Positions 17,829-30,419 are shown, counted from the first letter of the stretch. The stretch is DNA of 64,000 nt from an uncultured Rikenellaceae bacterium (GCA_963770745.1 CAVYRA010000017.1:129642-193641), one strand, 5' to 3'. Made by a program: numbers and translations. The notes: generated from the letters alone by a model not told the origin.

Positions 17829-19714
17829 TTCACTGCAGCATTAGCTTTGTCCACCGAAGCCTCCCCCGGCTTGAGCAGAGGCAGAAGCTTCAGAGAGGGT
17901 GATTTATGGAACTGTCCGACTCCGTATTCAGGCCATCTGCGGTCTGCCAGGCCTATCGTCTCCGGATCAGAGCATACAACATTGGGCCACTCTCTCGGGA
18001 AGGCGGGGAGCGATCGCGTCTTGGAGGTGGCATCAATAAAGATGACTCCTCCTTCAAGGTGATAGAGGTCACGTGCCGGGTCACTGTTCCCGGTCACCAG
18101 CCAGGTGATCATGGCAGGATCATCGGCGTCAGCCCCGTCATCGACGGCGACAATCATCGTGCCGGGCATGGTGAGCGGAGCCGGCAGCGTGGCTGCAAAA
18201 CTATGCATGTCAAGTCCCTGCGGCGGCTTCCTGATAGTCAGCACAGCCAGCGGCAGCGCATACTCTGCCATGGTCTTCATGCCGGTAATGACCTCGCTTG
18301 TCACCGCGGCATCAGTGATCAGCCTCAGTGGCACCGAATGGTTTTCAGCTATGCGCTCTTCGGAAAGCTTTATTGTGGCATCGATACCCAGTTTGCCTCC
18401 CATGCTGAACCTGTCGGAAGAGTGGTCAAGCACATCAAGCGGGCCACGGGTCAGGAGGAGGTCAGTCTCGAACCTGGCATTGGCGAAGATAGCCTCGGCC
18501 ACCATCTGGTAATCATGAACATTGACGGGGCTGCTGACCACGATGATATACTTGCTCAGCATCATCTGTCCTGCGCCGAAGAGTGCGCTGAGGACCTTCA
18601 TCCCCTGACCGGGGTAGGTCTTGTCTATGCTCACTATCACCAGGTTATGAGCCACACCAGCAACCGGCATGTGCAGCTCACGTATCTCCGGAGCTATAGC
18701 CAGCTTAATAGGTGCAAAGAATATCTTTTCCGTTGCCTTTCCCATCCAGGCATCCTCCATGGGGGGTACCCCCACGATGGTGGCCGGGAACACGGCATTT
18801 TTGCGGTGAGTGATACAGGTAACATGAAACACCGGATACATGTCTGAGAGCGAATAGAAGCCAGTGTGGTCACCAAAGGGGCCTTCTGTCACCGGTGGCT
18901 CTGACGGGTCAACATATCCTTCAATGACAATATCTGAATCTGCGGGCACCCACAGGTCATTGGTAAGACATTTGACCAGCGTTACTCTTTTACGGCGAAG
19001 AAAGGCGGCGAGGAGATACTCGCTGATATCTTCAGGCAGTGGTGCCGTGGCAGAATAGGTGTATACCGGGTCACCTCCCAGGGTCACCGTGACCGGCATC
19101 CGTTTTCCTGTCTCTTTCCATGCTTCAAAATGACGTGAGCCGGTCTTGTGGCGATGCCAGTGCATACCTGTGATGTCCTTGCCCATGATCTGCATCCGGT
19201 ACATCCCCAGGTTGGGCCTGCCCGTAAGCGGGTGCCTGGTGTGCACAAGGGGCAGGGTAATAAACCTTCCTCCGTCATGTGGCCAGCACCTGAGCACGGG
19301 AAGGATGCCCAGATCAGGTACTGGTTCCACCACCTCCTGACACTCACCCCGGCCTCTTTTCTTCCGTGTTACCAGTCTGAGCAGGCTGAACATCTGCGGA
19401 AGGCGGGAGAGCTTGGAAAACAGTCCGCGGGAATGGCTCAGCGACTCAACAAGTGAGAAGATCTCCGCTCCTGCGTCATCAAGGGAACCACGGCCTATTG
19501 CTGCTGCCATGCGGTCATCAGAGGCAAAGGTGTTTATCAGAAGAGGGAAGGCGGTACCGGTATCCTCGAAGAGAAGGGCTTTGCCCCCGTTTTTGACCAT
19601 GCGGTCAGCTATCTCGGTGATCTCCAATACAGGATCAACGCGACATTTAACACGGGCGAGATCGCCGCGTGATTCAAGAAAGCTTACAAAATGGGCCAGG
19701 CCGTTGAACGACAT
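17825..19714 (-). CDS. UbiD-family (prenyl-FMN dependent) decarboxylase, menaquinone-biosynthesis type
   Basis: The ATG at 19712-19714 gives MSFNGLAHFVSFLESRGDLARVKCRVDPVLEITEIADRMVKNGGKALLFE..., a typical UbiD N-terminus. The 80 codons upstream in the track ORF run through the eno terminator and into the eno coding region, so I dropped them. Confidence 0.85.
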   Translation of the reverse strand: MSFNGLAHFVSFLESRGDLARVKCRVDPVLEITEIADRMVKNGGKALLFEDTGTAFPLLINTFASDDRMAAAIGRGSLDDAGAEIFSLVESLSHSRGLFSKLSRLPQMFSLLRLVTRKKRGRGECQEVVEPVPDLGILPVLRCWPHDGGRFITLPLVHTRHPLTGRPNLGMYRMQIMGKDITGMHWHRHKTGSRHFEAWKETGKRMPVTVTLGGDPVYTYSATAPLPEDISEYLLAAFLRRKRVTLVKCLTNDLWVPADSDIVIEGYVDPSEPPVTEGPFGDHTGFYSLSDMYPVFHVTCITHRKNAVFPATIVGVPPMEDAWMGKATEKIFFAPIKLAIAPEIRELHMPVAGVAHNLVIVSIDKTYPGQGMKVLSALFGAGQMMLSKYIIVVSSPVNVHDYQMVAEAIFANARFETDLLLTRGPLDVLDHSSDRFSMGGKLGIDATIKLSEERIAENHSVPLRLITDAAVTSEVITGMKTMAEYALPLAVLTIRKPPQGLDMHSFAATLPAPLTMPGTMIVAVDDGADADDPAMITWLVTGNSDPARDLYHLEGGVIFIDATSKTRSLPAFPREWPNVVCSDPETIGLADRRWPEYGVGQFHKSPSLKLLPLLKPGEASVDKANAAVK

Positions 19715-19737
19715 TGATGGGCAGATTTGTACAAATA

Positions 19738-19770
19738 TAAAACAAAAAACTCCGCCTGCGCGGAGTTTTA
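19738..19770 (-). terminator. Rho-independent terminator after eno
   Basis: Stem aaaactccgc/gcggagtttt (19746-19755/19760-19769) with a 4-nt loop. The minus strand reads ...cggaguuuuuuguuuua. Confidence 0.7.
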
Positions 19771-19793
19771 TAGTGCAGTGACCGTCGTTGCGG

Positions 19794-21077
<1,284 letters not shown>

Positions 21078-21103
21078 TTATGTTTAAAAAATTATCTTCA
21101 ATA

Positions 21104-21143
21104 TATTAAAAAAAGGGATAAGGCCTCAAAGACAATATCCCTT
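21104..21143 (-). terminator. Rho-independent terminator after rplQ (end of the ribosomal cluster)
   Basis: Stem aagggata/tatccctt (21113-21120/21136-21143), followed on the minus strand by a run of seven U (uuuuuuuaauau). It lies 20 nt past the rplQ stop. Confidence 0.7.
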
Positions 21144-21163
21144 CAGTGTATGAGCATATTCTG

Positions 21164-21721
21164 CTATTCCTTTGTATCGGCTTCAGGGGCTTTATCTTCC
21201 GGCGCAGTCCCGGGGGCTTCGCTCTCTTTTGCAGCTGGTGCCTTGGCAGCCTTTGCTTTTGCAGCGGGTGCTTCAGTTGCGGCAACGGCCTCGGTTTTCT
21301 TCTTCGGGCTGCGGCGGCGGCGTGTTGTTTTGGCCTTTCCACCTTCACCTGTCAGCATGTTTTCATTGAAGTCGACGAGCTCAATGATGCACATCTCGGC
21401 GGAGTCACCCAGACGATTGCCCAGCTTCAGTATGCGTGTATATCCTCCCGGCCGGCTTGCGATGCGCGGGGCCACCTCCCTGAAGAGTTCGGAGACGGCA
21501 GTCTTATTTTCAAGATAACTGAATACAACCCTGCGTGAGTGTGTTGAATCATCCTTTGATTTTGTAATGAGCGGTTCAACGTAGGTCCTCAGTGCACGCG
21601 CCTTGGCGTTGGTTGTTGTTATACGCTTGTGAAGAATGAGTGATGATGCCAGGTTGGCCATCATTGCTTTCCTGTCAGCGCTTTTTCTTCCAAGGTGGTT
21701 TATAGAATTTAAATGTCGCAT
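21164..21721 (-). CDS. rplQ: 50S ribosomal protein L17 with Ala/Lys/Pro/Glu-rich C-terminal tail
   Basis: 185 aa. The first ~120 aa form a canonical bL17 core ([20 protein letters not shown]...[10 protein letters not shown]), and the remaining ~65 aa are low complexity. Confidence 0.95.
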   Translation of the reverse strand: MRHLNSINHLGRKSADRKAMMANLASSLILHKRITTTNAKARALRTYVEPLITKSKDDSTHSRRVVFSYLENKTAVSELFREVAPRIASRPGGYTRILKLGNRLGDSAEMCIIELVDFNENMLTGEGGKAKTTRRRRSPKKKTEAVAATEAPAAKAKAAKAPAAKESEAPGTAPEDKAPEADTKE

Positions 21722-21743
21722 TTCTCTCTGTCCTTACCTGTTA

Positions 21744-22736
21744 TTAATCTTTGTCGAGTTTATATTTTGCCACATCCATCCCGAATGAGAGATTCATTGT
21801 CTCAAGAAGCTCATCGAGTTCGGTGAGCGACTTCTTGCCGAAGTTGCGGAACTTAAGGAGGTCATTCTTGTTGAACTTGACGAGGTCGCCGAGCGACTCA
21901 ACCTCGGCTGCCTTGAGGCAGTTGAGGGCTCTCACCGAGAGGTCAAGGTCAACGAGCTTGGTCTTAAGCAGCTGGCGCATGTGGAGTATCTCTTCATCGA
22001 ACTCCTCATTGGCCATTTTATCTTCATAGTCAATGGTGATCTTGTCTTCCGAGAAGAGCATGAAGTGGTATATCAGGATCTTGGCTGCCTCCTTGAGAGC
22101 GTCTTTCGGATGTATTGATCCGTCAGTGGTGATCTCGAGGATAAGCTTCTCATAGTCAGTCTTCTGTTCGACCCTGTAGTTCTCAATGGAATACTTTACA
22201 TTCTTAATAGGGGTGAAGATTGAGTCGACGGCTATGACACCGAACTCAGCCTCAGCAGGCTGGTTTTCCTCTGCCGGGACATATCCCCTGCCCTTATTGA
22301 TATTCAGTTCGATCTGCAGTTTGACGTCCGGTTCCATACGGCAGACCACCAGATCCGGGTTAAGTACCTCAAAACTACTGAGGGAGTTATTGAGGTCACC
22401 GGCTTTAAAAACCTCATGGCCGGACAGTTTGACCACAATCTTTTCATTGTCGACATCTTCAACCATCCTTTTGAAACGGATCTGTTTCAGGTTCAGGATA
22501 ATCTCCGTGACATCTTCCATGACGCCGGTGATGGTTGAGAACTCATGGTCAACACCCTCTATCTTGATTGTTGTGATAGCAAAACCTTCGAGTGATGAGA
22601 GAAGAATTCTTCTCAGGGCATTACCTACGGTTATGCCATAGCCTGGTTCAAGCGGGCGGAATTCGAATTTTCCGTACTGGTCGTCCGCTTCCAGTAAAAT
22701 TACTTTGTCAGGTTTCTGGAATGCTAATATGGCCAT
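21744..22736 (-). CDS. rpoA: DNA-directed RNA polymerase subunit alpha
   Basis: 330 aa with N-terminal domain [17 protein letters not shown] and C-terminal domain [23 protein letters not shown]. Confidence 0.97.
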   Translation of the reverse strand: MAILAFQKPDKVILLEADDQYGKFEFRPLEPGYGITVGNALRRILLSSLEGFAITTIKIEGVDHEFSTITGVMEDVTEIILNLKQIRFKRMVEDVDNEKIVVKLSGHEVFKAGDLNNSLSSFEVLNPDLVVCRMEPDVKLQIELNINKGRGYVPAEENQPAEAEFGVIAVDSIFTPIKNVKYSIENYRVEQKTDYEKLILEITTDGSIHPKDALKEAAKILIYHFMLFSEDKITIDYEDKMANEEFDEEILHMRQLLKTKLVDLDLSVRALNCLKAAEVESLGDLVKFNKNDLLKFRNFGKKSLTELDELLETMNLSFGMDVAKYKLDKD

Positions 22737-22754
22737 ATGAATTGTATTACTTTA

Positions 22755-23363
22755 TTACTTGGAATATAGTTCAACGATAAGCTGCTCCTTGAAATTTTCA
22801 GGGATTTCAGAACGTTCAGGGACACTCATATATTTCCCGGCCATCTGTGTTTCATCCCATTCGAGCCATGCCAGTTTTGAGCGGCGGTTTGCGCCGAGGC
22901 ATTCAACGATTGTCTCGAGCGATTTTGATTTTTCGCGCACTCCGATAATATCTCCGGGACGAAGGATGAACGAAGGTATATTCACAACGTTTCCGTTGAC
23001 TGTTATATGGCGGTGAGATACCAGCTGGCGTGCGGCAGGTCTTGAGGGGGCCACACCGAGGCGGTAGACCACATTGTCAAGCCGTGACTCGAGCATCTGA
23101 AGCAGCACGAGGCTTGTGATTCCCGTTTGGGAGGCTGCCTTCTCGAAGAAATTGCGGAACTGGCGCTCAAGGAGGCCGTACGTATATTTCACCTTCTGCT
23201 TCTCACGCAGCTGAACACCGTATTCAGAGGTCTTTTTCCTCTTCTTGTTCATACCATGCTGTCCGGGCGGAAAATTCTTCCTGTCGAGGTATTTGTCAGG
23301 GCCGAAAATAGGCTCTCCGAATTTCCTGGCTATTCTTGATCTGGGTCCTGTATATCTTGCCAT
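22755..23363 (-). CDS. rpsD: 30S ribosomal protein S4
   Basis: 202 aa. [20 protein letters not shown]..., with an S4 RNA-binding domain. Confidence 0.97.
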   Translation of the reverse strand: MARYTGPRSRIARKFGEPIFGPDKYLDRKNFPPGQHGMNKKRKKTSEYGVQLREKQKVKYTYGLLERQFRNFFEKAASQTGITSLVLLQMLESRLDNVVYRLGVAPSRPAARQLVSHRHITVNGNVVNIPSFILRPGDIIGVREKSKSLETIVECLGANRRSKLAWLEWDETQMAGKYMSVPERSEIPENFKEQLIVELYSK

Positions 23364-23407
23364 TGAATTGTACTGTTAATCGTTTTTAAATATTGAATAA
23401 TAGGCTT

Positions 23408-23797
23408 TTAAACCCTTCTGCGTGAAGGCGGACGGCATCCGTTGTGAGGCATTGGAGTGACATCGATGATCTCAGTTACCTCCACACCGTTGTTGGAAAT
23501 GGCGCGTATGGCTGATTCACGGCCTGAGCCGGGTCCCTTGACATAAACTTTCACCTTGCGGAGTCCAAGTTCATAAGCGACCTTGGTGCACTCTTCTGCG
23601 GCCATCTGTGCGGCATAGGGAGTGTTCTTCTTGGAGCCCTTGAAGCCCATTTTGCCGGCCGAAGCCCATGATATCACCTGCCCGGTGCTGTTTGTGAGGC
23701 TGATGATTATATTGTTGAATGATGAATGAACGTGAGCCTGTCCCACGGGTTCAATTTTTACGACCTTCTTCTTCAGCGTCCCAGTCTTCTTTGCCAT
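23408..23797 (-). CDS. rpsK: 30S ribosomal protein S11
   Basis: 129 aa. ...[15 protein letters not shown]...[16 protein letters not shown]. Confidence 0.97.
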   Translation of the reverse strand: MAKKTGTLKKKVVKIEPVGQAHVHSSFNNIIISLTNSTGQVISWASAGKMGFKGSKKNTPYAAQMAAEECTKVAYELGLRKVKVYVKGPGSGRESAIRAISNNGVEVTEIIDVTPMPHNGCRPPSRRRV

Positions 23798-23804
23798 ATT
23801 TTAA

Positions 23805-24182
23805 TTATTTAGTAGCTTTTTTCTTGTTAGCGACGGTCTTCTTGCGGCCCTTGCGGGTACGGGCATTGTTCTTGGTGCTCTGTCCTCTCACCGGAAGTCC
23901 GATTCTGTGACGGATACCTCGATAACATCCGATATCCATCAGTCGTTTGATGTTAAGCTGCGTTTCGGAGCGGAGTTCACCTTCAAGCTTATAGTTTTCC
24001 GACAGGATCTGACGGATAGCGTTAATGTTATCGTCATTCCATTCGTCAACTTTCTTATCGCGGTCAACGCCAGCCCTGTCGAGCACTTTCTGTGCCGTGC
24101 TCCGTCCGACGCCATAGATATAAGTAAGAGCCACTTCGCCCTGCTTATTCCTTGGTAGGTCTACCCCATTAATACGTGCCAT
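23805..24182 (-). CDS. rpsM: 30S ribosomal protein S13
   Basis: 125 aa. [30 protein letters not shown]... Confidence 0.97.
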   Translation of the reverse strand: MARINGVDLPRNKQGEVALTYIYGVGRSTAQKVLDRAGVDRDKKVDEWNDDNINAIRQILSENYKLEGELRSETQLNIKRLMDIGCYRGIRHRIGLPVRGQSTKNNARTRKGRKKTVANKKKATK

Positions 24183-24219
24183 ATACCTCTTTTAATTTGA
24201 AGTGCAAAGTTAATAAATT

Positions 24220-24336
24220 TTATCCCTGCCTCTGCTTGAACTTGGGATTTTTCTTATTTATCACATACAGACGCCCATTCCTCCTCACAATCTTGCAGTC
24301 GGCCGAGCGCTTTTTTATTGATGCTCTTACTTTCAT
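24220..24336 (-). CDS. rpmJ: 50S ribosomal protein L36
   Basis: Own translation (below the ORF-track cut-off): [38 protein letters not shown]. It sits in the expected position between infA and rpsM. Confidence 0.92.
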   Translation of the reverse strand: MKVRASIKKRSADCKIVRRNGRLYVINKKNPKFKQRQG

Positions 24337-24350
24337 CGCAGTGCTTTTTT

Positions 24351-24569
24351 CTATTTAAATCTGAATGTTATTCTTCCTTTGGTAAGGTCATAGGGCGACA
24401 TTTCAACCTTCACTTTGTCACCCGGCAGGATCTTGATGTAATGCATTCTCATCTTGCCGGAGATGTGGGCGGTGATGATATGTCCGTTTTCGAGCCTGAC
24501 CCTGAACATCGCGTTTGAGAGCGCCTCGATGATCGTTCCGTCAATCTCTATTGATGGTTGTTTGGCCAT
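24351..24569 (-). CDS. infA: Translation initiation factor IF-1
   Basis: 72 aa. [53 protein letters not shown]... Confidence 0.97.
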   Translation of the reverse strand: MAKQPSIEIDGTIIEALSNAMFRVRLENGHIITAHISGKMRMHYIKILPGDKVKVEMSPYDLTKGRITFRFK

Positions 24570-24573
24570 ATTC

Positions 24574-25353
24574 TTACCTGTTTTTTAATACTTCTTCTAT
24601 AAACTCAAATGTTGAGAGCAGGTCGGCTTTATCGTCCCTGACCGCAACAGCGTATTCAAAATGTGCCGACGGTTTGCCGTCGCCTGTTCTGACAGTCCAC
24701 CCGTCATTCTGGACGCGTGTGTTTTTGGTACCCATATTGATCATCGGTTCTATGCAAATGACCAGGTTCCTATCAAGTCTCGTGCCAGAGCCGCGATGCC
24801 CGAAATTGGGCACTTCAGGTCCTTCGTGCAGGTGTCTCCCGAGGCCGTGTCCGACCAGTGTGCGGACCACGGAGTAGCCCCCGCTCTCAGCTTTGGTCTG
24901 CACGGCATGAGAGATGTCTCCCACGCGGTTGCCTGCCACCGCTTCCTTTACTCCTGCCTCAAGTGAACCACGGGTATATTCGAGAAGGCGCAGGATCTCC
25001 GGCTTAACGTCGCCCACCGCAAAGGTGTAGGCGCTGTCGCCGTAGTATCCGTTCAGTATCACCCCGCAGTCGACAGAAATTACGTCGCCTTCCTTAAGGG
25101 TGTATCCTGACGGTATCCCGTGGACCACCTCGTCATTAACAGATGTGCAGAGCGTGTTGGGAAAGCCGGCATAACCCTTGAACCCGGGCAGCGCGCCGTG
25201 ATCGCGAATAAAGGTCTCGGCTACGCTGTCAAGCTGGAGGGTTGTAACCCCCGGCCTGATGTGTCCGGCTACTTCCGCAAGAGTCCGCGAGACCAGCAAA
25301 TTGCTCTCCCTCAGTAACTCTACTTCCGCATCCGTTTTAATATATATCATCAA
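24574..25353 (-). CDS. map: Type I methionine aminopeptidase
   Basis: 259 aa with metal ligand contexts VVHGIP, DCGV, VGHGLG and IEPM. Confidence 0.95.
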   Translation of the reverse strand: MMIYIKTDAEVELLRESNLLVSRTLAEVAGHIRPGVTTLQLDSVAETFIRDHGALPGFKGYAGFPNTLCTSVNDEVVHGIPSGYTLKEGDVISVDCGVILNGYYGDSAYTFAVGDVKPEILRLLEYTRGSLEAGVKEAVAGNRVGDISHAVQTKAESGGYSVVRTLVGHGLGRHLHEGPEVPNFGHRGSGTRLDRNLVICIEPMINMGTKNTRVQNDGWTVRTGDGKPSAHFEYAVAVRDDKADLLSTFEFIEEVLKNR

Positions 25354-25366
25354 AGAACGTAAACAA

Positions 25367-26695
25367 TTACATAGCCGAAACGGCTCCGGTCCTGCCCTTG
25401 ACGCGGCCTGACTTCATGAGGCCGTCATAGTGGCGCATAAGCAGATGGCTTTCAATCTGCTGAAGAGTGTCAAGCACCACGCCCACGAGAATGAGGAGTG
25501 AGGTGCCGCCGAAGAACTGTGCAAACTCACCGCTGACGCCAAAGTTGACGGCGAAGGCGGGGAGGATGGCAATAATTGCCAGGAATATTGAACCGGGCAG
25601 CGTAATGCGTGACATTATGCTGTCAATGAACTCTACTGTCTTGCGGCCTGGTTTTATTCCGGGTATGAATCCGCCGTTTTTCTTCATGTCTTCCGCCATC
25701 TGCACCGGGTTAATTGTCACCGCGGTATAGAAATAGGTGAAGAGGACTATGAGAATTGCGGTCACCAGGTTGTACCAGAAACCGTACATATTGGTGAAGG
25801 CCACCACGAATCCTGATCCGCTTTCGCTGAAACCGGCCAGGATAATGGGCAGCATCATGATCGCCTGTGCGAAGATGATGGGCATAACGCCTGCCGCGTT
25901 CACCTTGAGGGGTATATACTGTCTCACGCCGCCGTACTGTTTGTTACCCACGATGCGTCTGGCATACTGGACCGGTATGCGGCGCGTGCCCTGTACAAGA
26001 AGCACTGAGCCGAGTATCACGGCAAAGAGGAAGACCAGCTCTATCAGGAGTGCCACAAGACCTCCCGAACCGTTGATGCGCGTTCCGGCTTCAAATATGA
26101 ATGCGACCGGGAAGCGGGCAATGATACCCACCATGATTATGAGTGAGATACCGTTTCCTATTCCCTTGTCGGTAATTCTTTCACCGAGCCACATGACAAA
26201 TATTGTTCCTGCCGTCAGTATGATCACCGATGAGACCTTGAAGAAGAACCCCTGGAGCACAAAGGCTTCCGGAGGCAGTATGGCATGCAGGTTGGCAAGG
26301 TATGTCGGGGCCTGAAGAATCAGGATAGCCACCGTCAGGTACCTTGTATACTGGTTCATCTTGCGCCTGCCGCTCTCACCCTCCTTCTGAAGTTTCTGGA
26401 AGTAAGGGAAGACAATGCCGAGCAGCTGTATGACGATAGACGCGGAGATGTAGGGCATGATACCCAGGGCGAAGATGGATGCCTGCGAAAAGGCTCCGCC
26501 TGAGAACATATCGAGCAGCCCCATGATTCCGCTGGAGGTCTGGGTCTGCAGCGCCTCGAGCATCGAGGGATCGACACCGGGAAGAGTGATATATTTACCC
26601 AGACGGTAGAGTGCAATTATACCAAGCGTGTAGAAGATCCTGGCTCTCAGATCTTCTATCTTGAATATATTCTTTATTGTCTGTATAAATTTCAT
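25367..26695 (-). CDS. secY: Preprotein translocase subunit SecY
   Basis: 442 aa with 10 TM helices. ...LGIMPYISASIVIQLL... Confidence 0.97.
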   Translation of the reverse strand: MKFIQTIKNIFKIEDLRARIFYTLGIIALYRLGKYITLPGVDPSMLEALQTQTSSGIMGLLDMFSGGAFSQASIFALGIMPYISASIVIQLLGIVFPYFQKLQKEGESGRRKMNQYTRYLTVAILILQAPTYLANLHAILPPEAFVLQGFFFKVSSVIILTAGTIFVMWLGERITDKGIGNGISLIIMVGIIARFPVAFIFEAGTRINGSGGLVALLIELVFLFAVILGSVLLVQGTRRIPVQYARRIVGNKQYGGVRQYIPLKVNAAGVMPIIFAQAIMMLPIILAGFSESGSGFVVAFTNMYGFWYNLVTAILIVLFTYFYTAVTINPVQMAEDMKKNGGFIPGIKPGRKTVEFIDSIMSRITLPGSIFLAIIAILPAFAVNFGVSGEFAQFFGGTSLLILVGVVLDTLQQIESHLLMRHYDGLMKSGRVKGRTGAVSAM

Positions 26696-26698
26696 GCC

Positions 26699-27145
26699 TT
26701 ACAGTTTAACTGCGGTTCCCTGATTAGCTTCAATTGCTGCCTGCGCTGACTTGCTGAATGCGTGGGCATGAACCTCGAGCTTTTTTGTGAGCGTACCCTT
26801 GCCGAGGATCTTTACCAGTGCGTTCTTGTTAACCAGGCCTGCCGTCAGCAGTGTCTGGAAGTCAATGAGTTCAGTCTTCAGCTTACCGGCGAGGTTTTCG
26901 AGGGTACTGAGGTTAATGCCTTTGTAATCAACGCGGTTGATGTTTTTGAAGCCCGACTTCGGTACTCTTCTCTGGAGGGGCATCTGGCCGCCTTCAAAGC
27001 CTATTTTCTTGCTGTATCCCGAACGTGACTTGGCCCCCTTGTGGCCACGTGTTGATGTGCCGCCGTGTCCTGAACCCTCGCCGCGTCCGATACGCTTTTC
27101 TTTTTTTACCGATCCGCGGGCCGGTTTTAAATTGCTTAAATCCAT
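26699..27145 (-). CDS. rplO: 50S ribosomal protein L15
   Basis: 148 aa. MDLSNLKPARGSVKKEKRIGRGEGSGHGGTSTRGHKG... Confidence 0.97.
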   Translation of the reverse strand: MDLSNLKPARGSVKKEKRIGRGEGSGHGGTSTRGHKGAKSRSGYSKKIGFEGGQMPLQRRVPKSGFKNINRVDYKGINLSTLENLAGKLKTELIDFQTLLTAGLVNKNALVKILGKGTLTKKLEVHAHAFSKSAQAAIEANQGTAVKL

Positions 27146-27172
27146 TGTGAAATATATAATGCTGTTAATACC

Positions 27173-27352
27173 TTATAGTTTCTCCACCTTCACCAGGTGT
27201 TTCAGCTTATTGACCATACCCATTACCTGTGGCGAATCGTCGTGCTCAACTGTCTGGTGCATCTTTTTTATACCCAGGGCCGCGAGCATTCTCTTCTGAT
27301 TCCCGGGCTGGCCTATCTTGCTTTTGAACTGGGTTATTCTGATTCTTGCCAT
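27173..27352 (-). CDS. rpmD: 50S ribosomal protein L30
   Basis: MARIRITQFKSKIGQPGNQKRMLAALGIKKMHQTVEHDD..., starting at the third codon (ATG at 27350-27352) of the track ORF. Confidence 0.93.
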   Translation of the reverse strand: MARIRITQFKSKIGQPGNQKRMLAALGIKKMHQTVEHDDSPQVMGMVNKLKHLVKVEKL

Positions 27353-27366
27353 TATCATAAATATTA

Positions 27367-27882
27367 CTAACCGTTAAACACTTTTTCCAATGTCACTCCC
27401 CTGTGGTCAGCCACGGTGCTGGCATCGCGCAGCTCAAGCAGTGCTGCTATGGTAGCCTTGACCAGGTTGTGCGGGTTTGACGAACCCTTTGACTTTGCAA
27501 GCACGTTCTTCACTCCCACGCTCTCAAGGACGGCACGCATGGCGCCTCCGGCCTTGATACCGGTACCTTCGGTAGCGGGTTTGATGAAGACGTAGGCGCC
27601 GCCAAACTTGCCGTACTGCTCATGAGGTATGGTAGCCTTGTGCACCGGTACCTTGATGAGGTTTTTCTTGGCATCCTCAATTCCTTTTGCTATGGCGGTG
27701 GTGACTTCACTTGCCTTACCCAGGCCATGGCCCACTATGCCTTTCTCATCGCCAACGACGACGATAGCCGAGAAGCTGAAGGTACGGCCCCCCTTGGTTA
27801 CTTTGGTTACTCTCTGGATGCTTACCAGCCTGTCGGTAAGTTCAAGATCGCTGTTCTTTACTCTCTTTGTTGCGTATGCCAT
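27367..27882 (-). CDS. rpsE: 30S ribosomal protein S5
   Basis: 171 aa. ...[26 protein letters not shown]... Confidence 0.97.
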   Translation of the reverse strand: MAYATKRVKNSDLELTDRLVSIQRVTKVTKGGRTFSFSAIVVVGDEKGIVGHGLGKASEVTTAIAKGIEDAKKNLIKVPVHKATIPHEQYGKFGGAYVFIKPATEGTGIKAGGAMRAVLESVGVKNVLAKSKGSSNPHNLVKATIAALLELRDASTVADHRGVTLEKVFNG

Positions 27883-27887
27883 ACTGA

Positions 27888-28244
27888 TTAGAATTTTAAG
27901 CCGCCTTCGCGTGCTCCGTCAGCTAATGATTTCACTCTGCCATGATACTGGTACCCGCTTCTGTCAAAGACAACGGTCTCAATGCCTTTATCCTTGCATA
28001 CTGCGGCCAGGCGCTTGCCTACCATGGTTGCCAGCTCGCTCTTCTTCGCGGTGACGGAGGCTAACTCCTTCTCCCTTGATGAGACTGATGCCAGCGTCAC
28101 ACCGTTGACATCGTCAATAGCCTGAGCATATATCTGTTTGTTGCTGCGGTATACCGAAATCCTGGGTTTCCCGGCGGTTCCCTTTATCCGCTTGCGGATC
28201 CTCAGTTTAATCTTTACTCTCTTTTCTGTCTTTGTTAAAGCCAT
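27888..28244 (-). CDS. rplR: 50S ribosomal protein L18
   Basis: 118 aa. ...[18 protein letters not shown]...[19 protein letters not shown]. Confidence 0.97.
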   Translation of the reverse strand: MALTKTEKRVKIKLRIRKRIKGTAGKPRISVYRSNKQIYAQAIDDVNGVTLASVSSREKELASVTAKKSELATMVGKRLAAVCKDKGIETVVFDRSGYQYHGRVKSLADGAREGGLKF

Positions 28245-28264
28245 GACTTCAATCTTTAATCATG

Positions 28265-28819
28265 TTATACACCAGCCGATTTACCGGCCTTTCTTCTGAG
28301 TTGTTCACCCACGAATTTGATACCCTTGCCTTTGTACGGTTCAGGCGGACGCAGTGACCTTATCTTTGCTGCTACGTGACCTATGAGCTGCTTGTCAATG
28401 CTTGTGAGGATAATAACAGGGTTACTCCTCTTTTCGGTCTTGGTTTCAACCTTTATCTCCTGCGGCAGCTCCATGATAATATCATGCGAATAGCCGAGGC
28501 TCATCTCAAGTTGCTGGCCGTTGGCCTCAGCGCGGTAGCCGACACCCACCAGTTCAAGATCCTTCCGGTAGCCTTTTGAGACGCCCACAACCATGTTGGC
28601 TATGAGAGCCCTGTAAAGACCGTGAAGTGATTTCAGACGCTTCTCTTCGTTAGGCCTTGAAAGGGTGATCACATTATCCTCAACCTCCACCGTGATATCA
28701 CTGTCAATCTTCTGTGACAGCGTACCCAGGGGGCCTTTAACACTGACCACGTTGGCGTCGTCAATTGTAATTGTGACGCCTGACGGCAGGTTTACAGGTA
28801 ATTTTCCTATTCTTGACAT
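28265..28819 (-). CDS. rplF: 50S ribosomal protein L6
   Basis: 184 aa. MSRIGKLPVNLPSGVTITID... Confidence 0.97.
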   Translation of the reverse strand: MSRIGKLPVNLPSGVTITIDDANVVSVKGPLGTLSQKIDSDITVEVEDNVITLSRPNEEKRLKSLHGLYRALIANMVVGVSKGYRKDLELVGVGYRAEANGQQLEMSLGYSHDIIMELPQEIKVETKTEKRSNPVIILTSIDKQLIGHVAAKIRSLRPPEPYKGKGIKFVGEQLRRKAGKSAGV

Positions 28820-28834
28820 TTAACCTCCTCCTGT

Positions 28835-29230
28835 TTAATAGACATAACATATAACTTCACCCCCGACATTCTCTTTCGCTGCCTCCTTCTCGGTCATAAG
28901 GCCGTGTGAGGTTGAAAGGATGGCTATTCCCAGTCCGTTCAGGACTCTCGGTAGTTCATCCACACCAGCGTAACGTCTGAGGCCGGGACGGCTCACCCTC
29001 TGAATCGACTTGATAGCCGGCAGCTTGGTTTTGGGATGATACTTGAGGGCTATCTTGATCTTGCCCTGAAGCTCATCATCAATGAACTTATAGCTGAGGA
29101 TATATCCCTTGTCATAGAGTATCCTGGTGATATCCTTTGTCAGACCGGTTGCCGGTGCCTCAACAACTTTATGTCCGGCTTTCGTGGCATTCCTTACCCT
29201 GGTAAGAAAATCTGCTATTGGATCTGTCAT
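28835..29230 (-). CDS. rpsH: 30S ribosomal protein S8
   Basis: 131 aa. MTDPIADFLTRVRNATKAGHKVV... Confidence 0.97.
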   Translation of the reverse strand: MTDPIADFLTRVRNATKAGHKVVEAPATGLTKDITRILYDKGYILSYKFIDDELQGKIKIALKYHPKTKLPAIKSIQRVSRPGLRRYAGVDELPRVLNGLGIAILSTSHGLMTEKEAAKENVGGEVICYVY

Positions 29231-29268
29231 CTTATATTATGATTAATTGTTTATATCTCGTCGGGTTA

Positions 29269-29538
29269 TTACCAGCTTGCTTTTTTTATACCCGGGATGA
29301 GGCCATGTGATGCCATCTCCCTGAAGGTGATCCTGCTGATGCCAAACTGTCTCATGTAGCCTCTGGGTCTGCCGGTGATCTTGCACCTGTTGCGCTGCCT
29401 GATGGGGCTTGAGTTGCGCGGCAGCTGGCTCAGTGCAACATAGTTGCCTTCAGCTTTGAGCGCAGCTCTTTTAGCGGCATACTTTTCAGCAAGTTTAACG
29501 CGTTTGACCTCGCGGGCTTTCATTGATTCCTTAGCCAT
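29269..29538 (-). CDS. rpsN: 30S ribosomal protein S14
   Basis: 89 aa. [13 protein letters not shown]...[28 protein letters not shown]... Confidence 0.97.
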   Translation of the reverse strand: MAKESMKAREVKRVKLAEKYAAKRAALKAEGNYVALSQLPRNSSPIRQRNRCKITGRPRGYMRQFGISRITFREMASHGLIPGIKKASW

Positions 29539-29550
29539 ATTCCGATCTGT

Positions 29551-30096
29551 TTACTTGTTTTTAAAGGGTATTCCGAATTCTTTGAGAAGGGCATAAGCCT
29601 CTTCGTCGCTCTTTGCGGTGGTGACGAACGTAATCTGCAGACCCATGATCTTGGCGATCTTATCGATGTCAATCTCCGGGAATATGATCTGTTCCGTAAT
29701 ACCGAGGGTATAGTTCCCGCGGCCGTCGAGTTTCGCCCCTACGCCCTTGAAGTCGCGTATGCGCGGCAGTGCAACCGAGATGAGTCTCTCAAGGAACTCA
29801 TACATGCGTTCCTGGCGGAGGGTCACCATGACACCGATGGGCATTGCTTTCCTGAGCTTGAAGTTTGATATGTCCTTCTTTGAGACTGTCTGTACCGCCT
29901 TTTGTCCGGCGATATCAGAGACCTCTTTCTGGCCCATCTCAAGCAGTTTCTTGTCGGCAATTGCCTGTCCGAGTCCCTGGTTGATGACTATCTTTTCAAG
30001 CCGGGGCACCTGCATCACAGTCGTGTAGTTGAACTGTTTCATCAGTGCAGGCGTGATCTCACTCTTATATTTGGTCTTTAAAGCAGGCGTATACAT
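29551..30096 (-). CDS. rplE: 50S ribosomal protein L5
   Basis: 181 aa. ...[17 protein letters not shown]...RDFKG... Confidence 0.97.
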   Translation of the reverse strand: MYTPALKTKYKSEITPALMKQFNYTTVMQVPRLEKIVINQGLGQAIADKKLLEMGQKEVSDIAGQKAVQTVSKKDISNFKLRKAMPIGVMVTLRQERMYEFLERLISVALPRIRDFKGVGAKLDGRGNYTLGITEQIIFPEIDIDKIAKIMGLQITFVTTAKSDEEAYALLKEFGIPFKNK

Positions 30097-30419
30097 TACT
30101 TAATCTCCTCTCCTGATTTTTTGGCATAACGCACAAGTTTGTTCTTATCATTCAGCCGGCGGCCGATGCGTGTCGGCTTGCCGCTTGAAGGGTCAACGGC
30201 CATGAGGTTTGAAAGATGCACGGGGGCCTCTTTCTTGATGATTCCTCCCTGCGGTGCCTTGGCGTTGGGTTTGGTATGTTTTGATACCAGGTTCACCCCT
30301 TCCACCAGGGCTTTGTTCTTATCCCTGTCTACCTCGAGGACACGACCTTTCTGTCCTTTGGATTCACCGGCAATGACAGCCACTGTGTCTCCTTTCTTGA
30401 TGTGTAATTTCTTCTGCAT
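30096..30419 (-). CDS. rplX: 50S ribosomal protein L24
   Basis: 107 aa. [30 protein letters not shown]... (KOW motif). Confidence 0.97.
   Translation of the reverse strand: MQKKLHIKKGDTVAVIAGESKGQKGRVLEVDRDKNKALVEGVNLVSKHTKPNAKAPQGGIIKKEAPVHLSNLMAVDPSSGKPTRIGRRLNDKNKLVRYAKKSGEEIK

Noticed and set aside
21106-21538. Arg/Lys-rich and Ala-rich ORFs (21048-21518+, 21106-21348-, 21146-21538+, 21172-21369+)
   Set aside because: They are alternative-frame and antisense readings of the low-complexity L17 tail and have no independent support.
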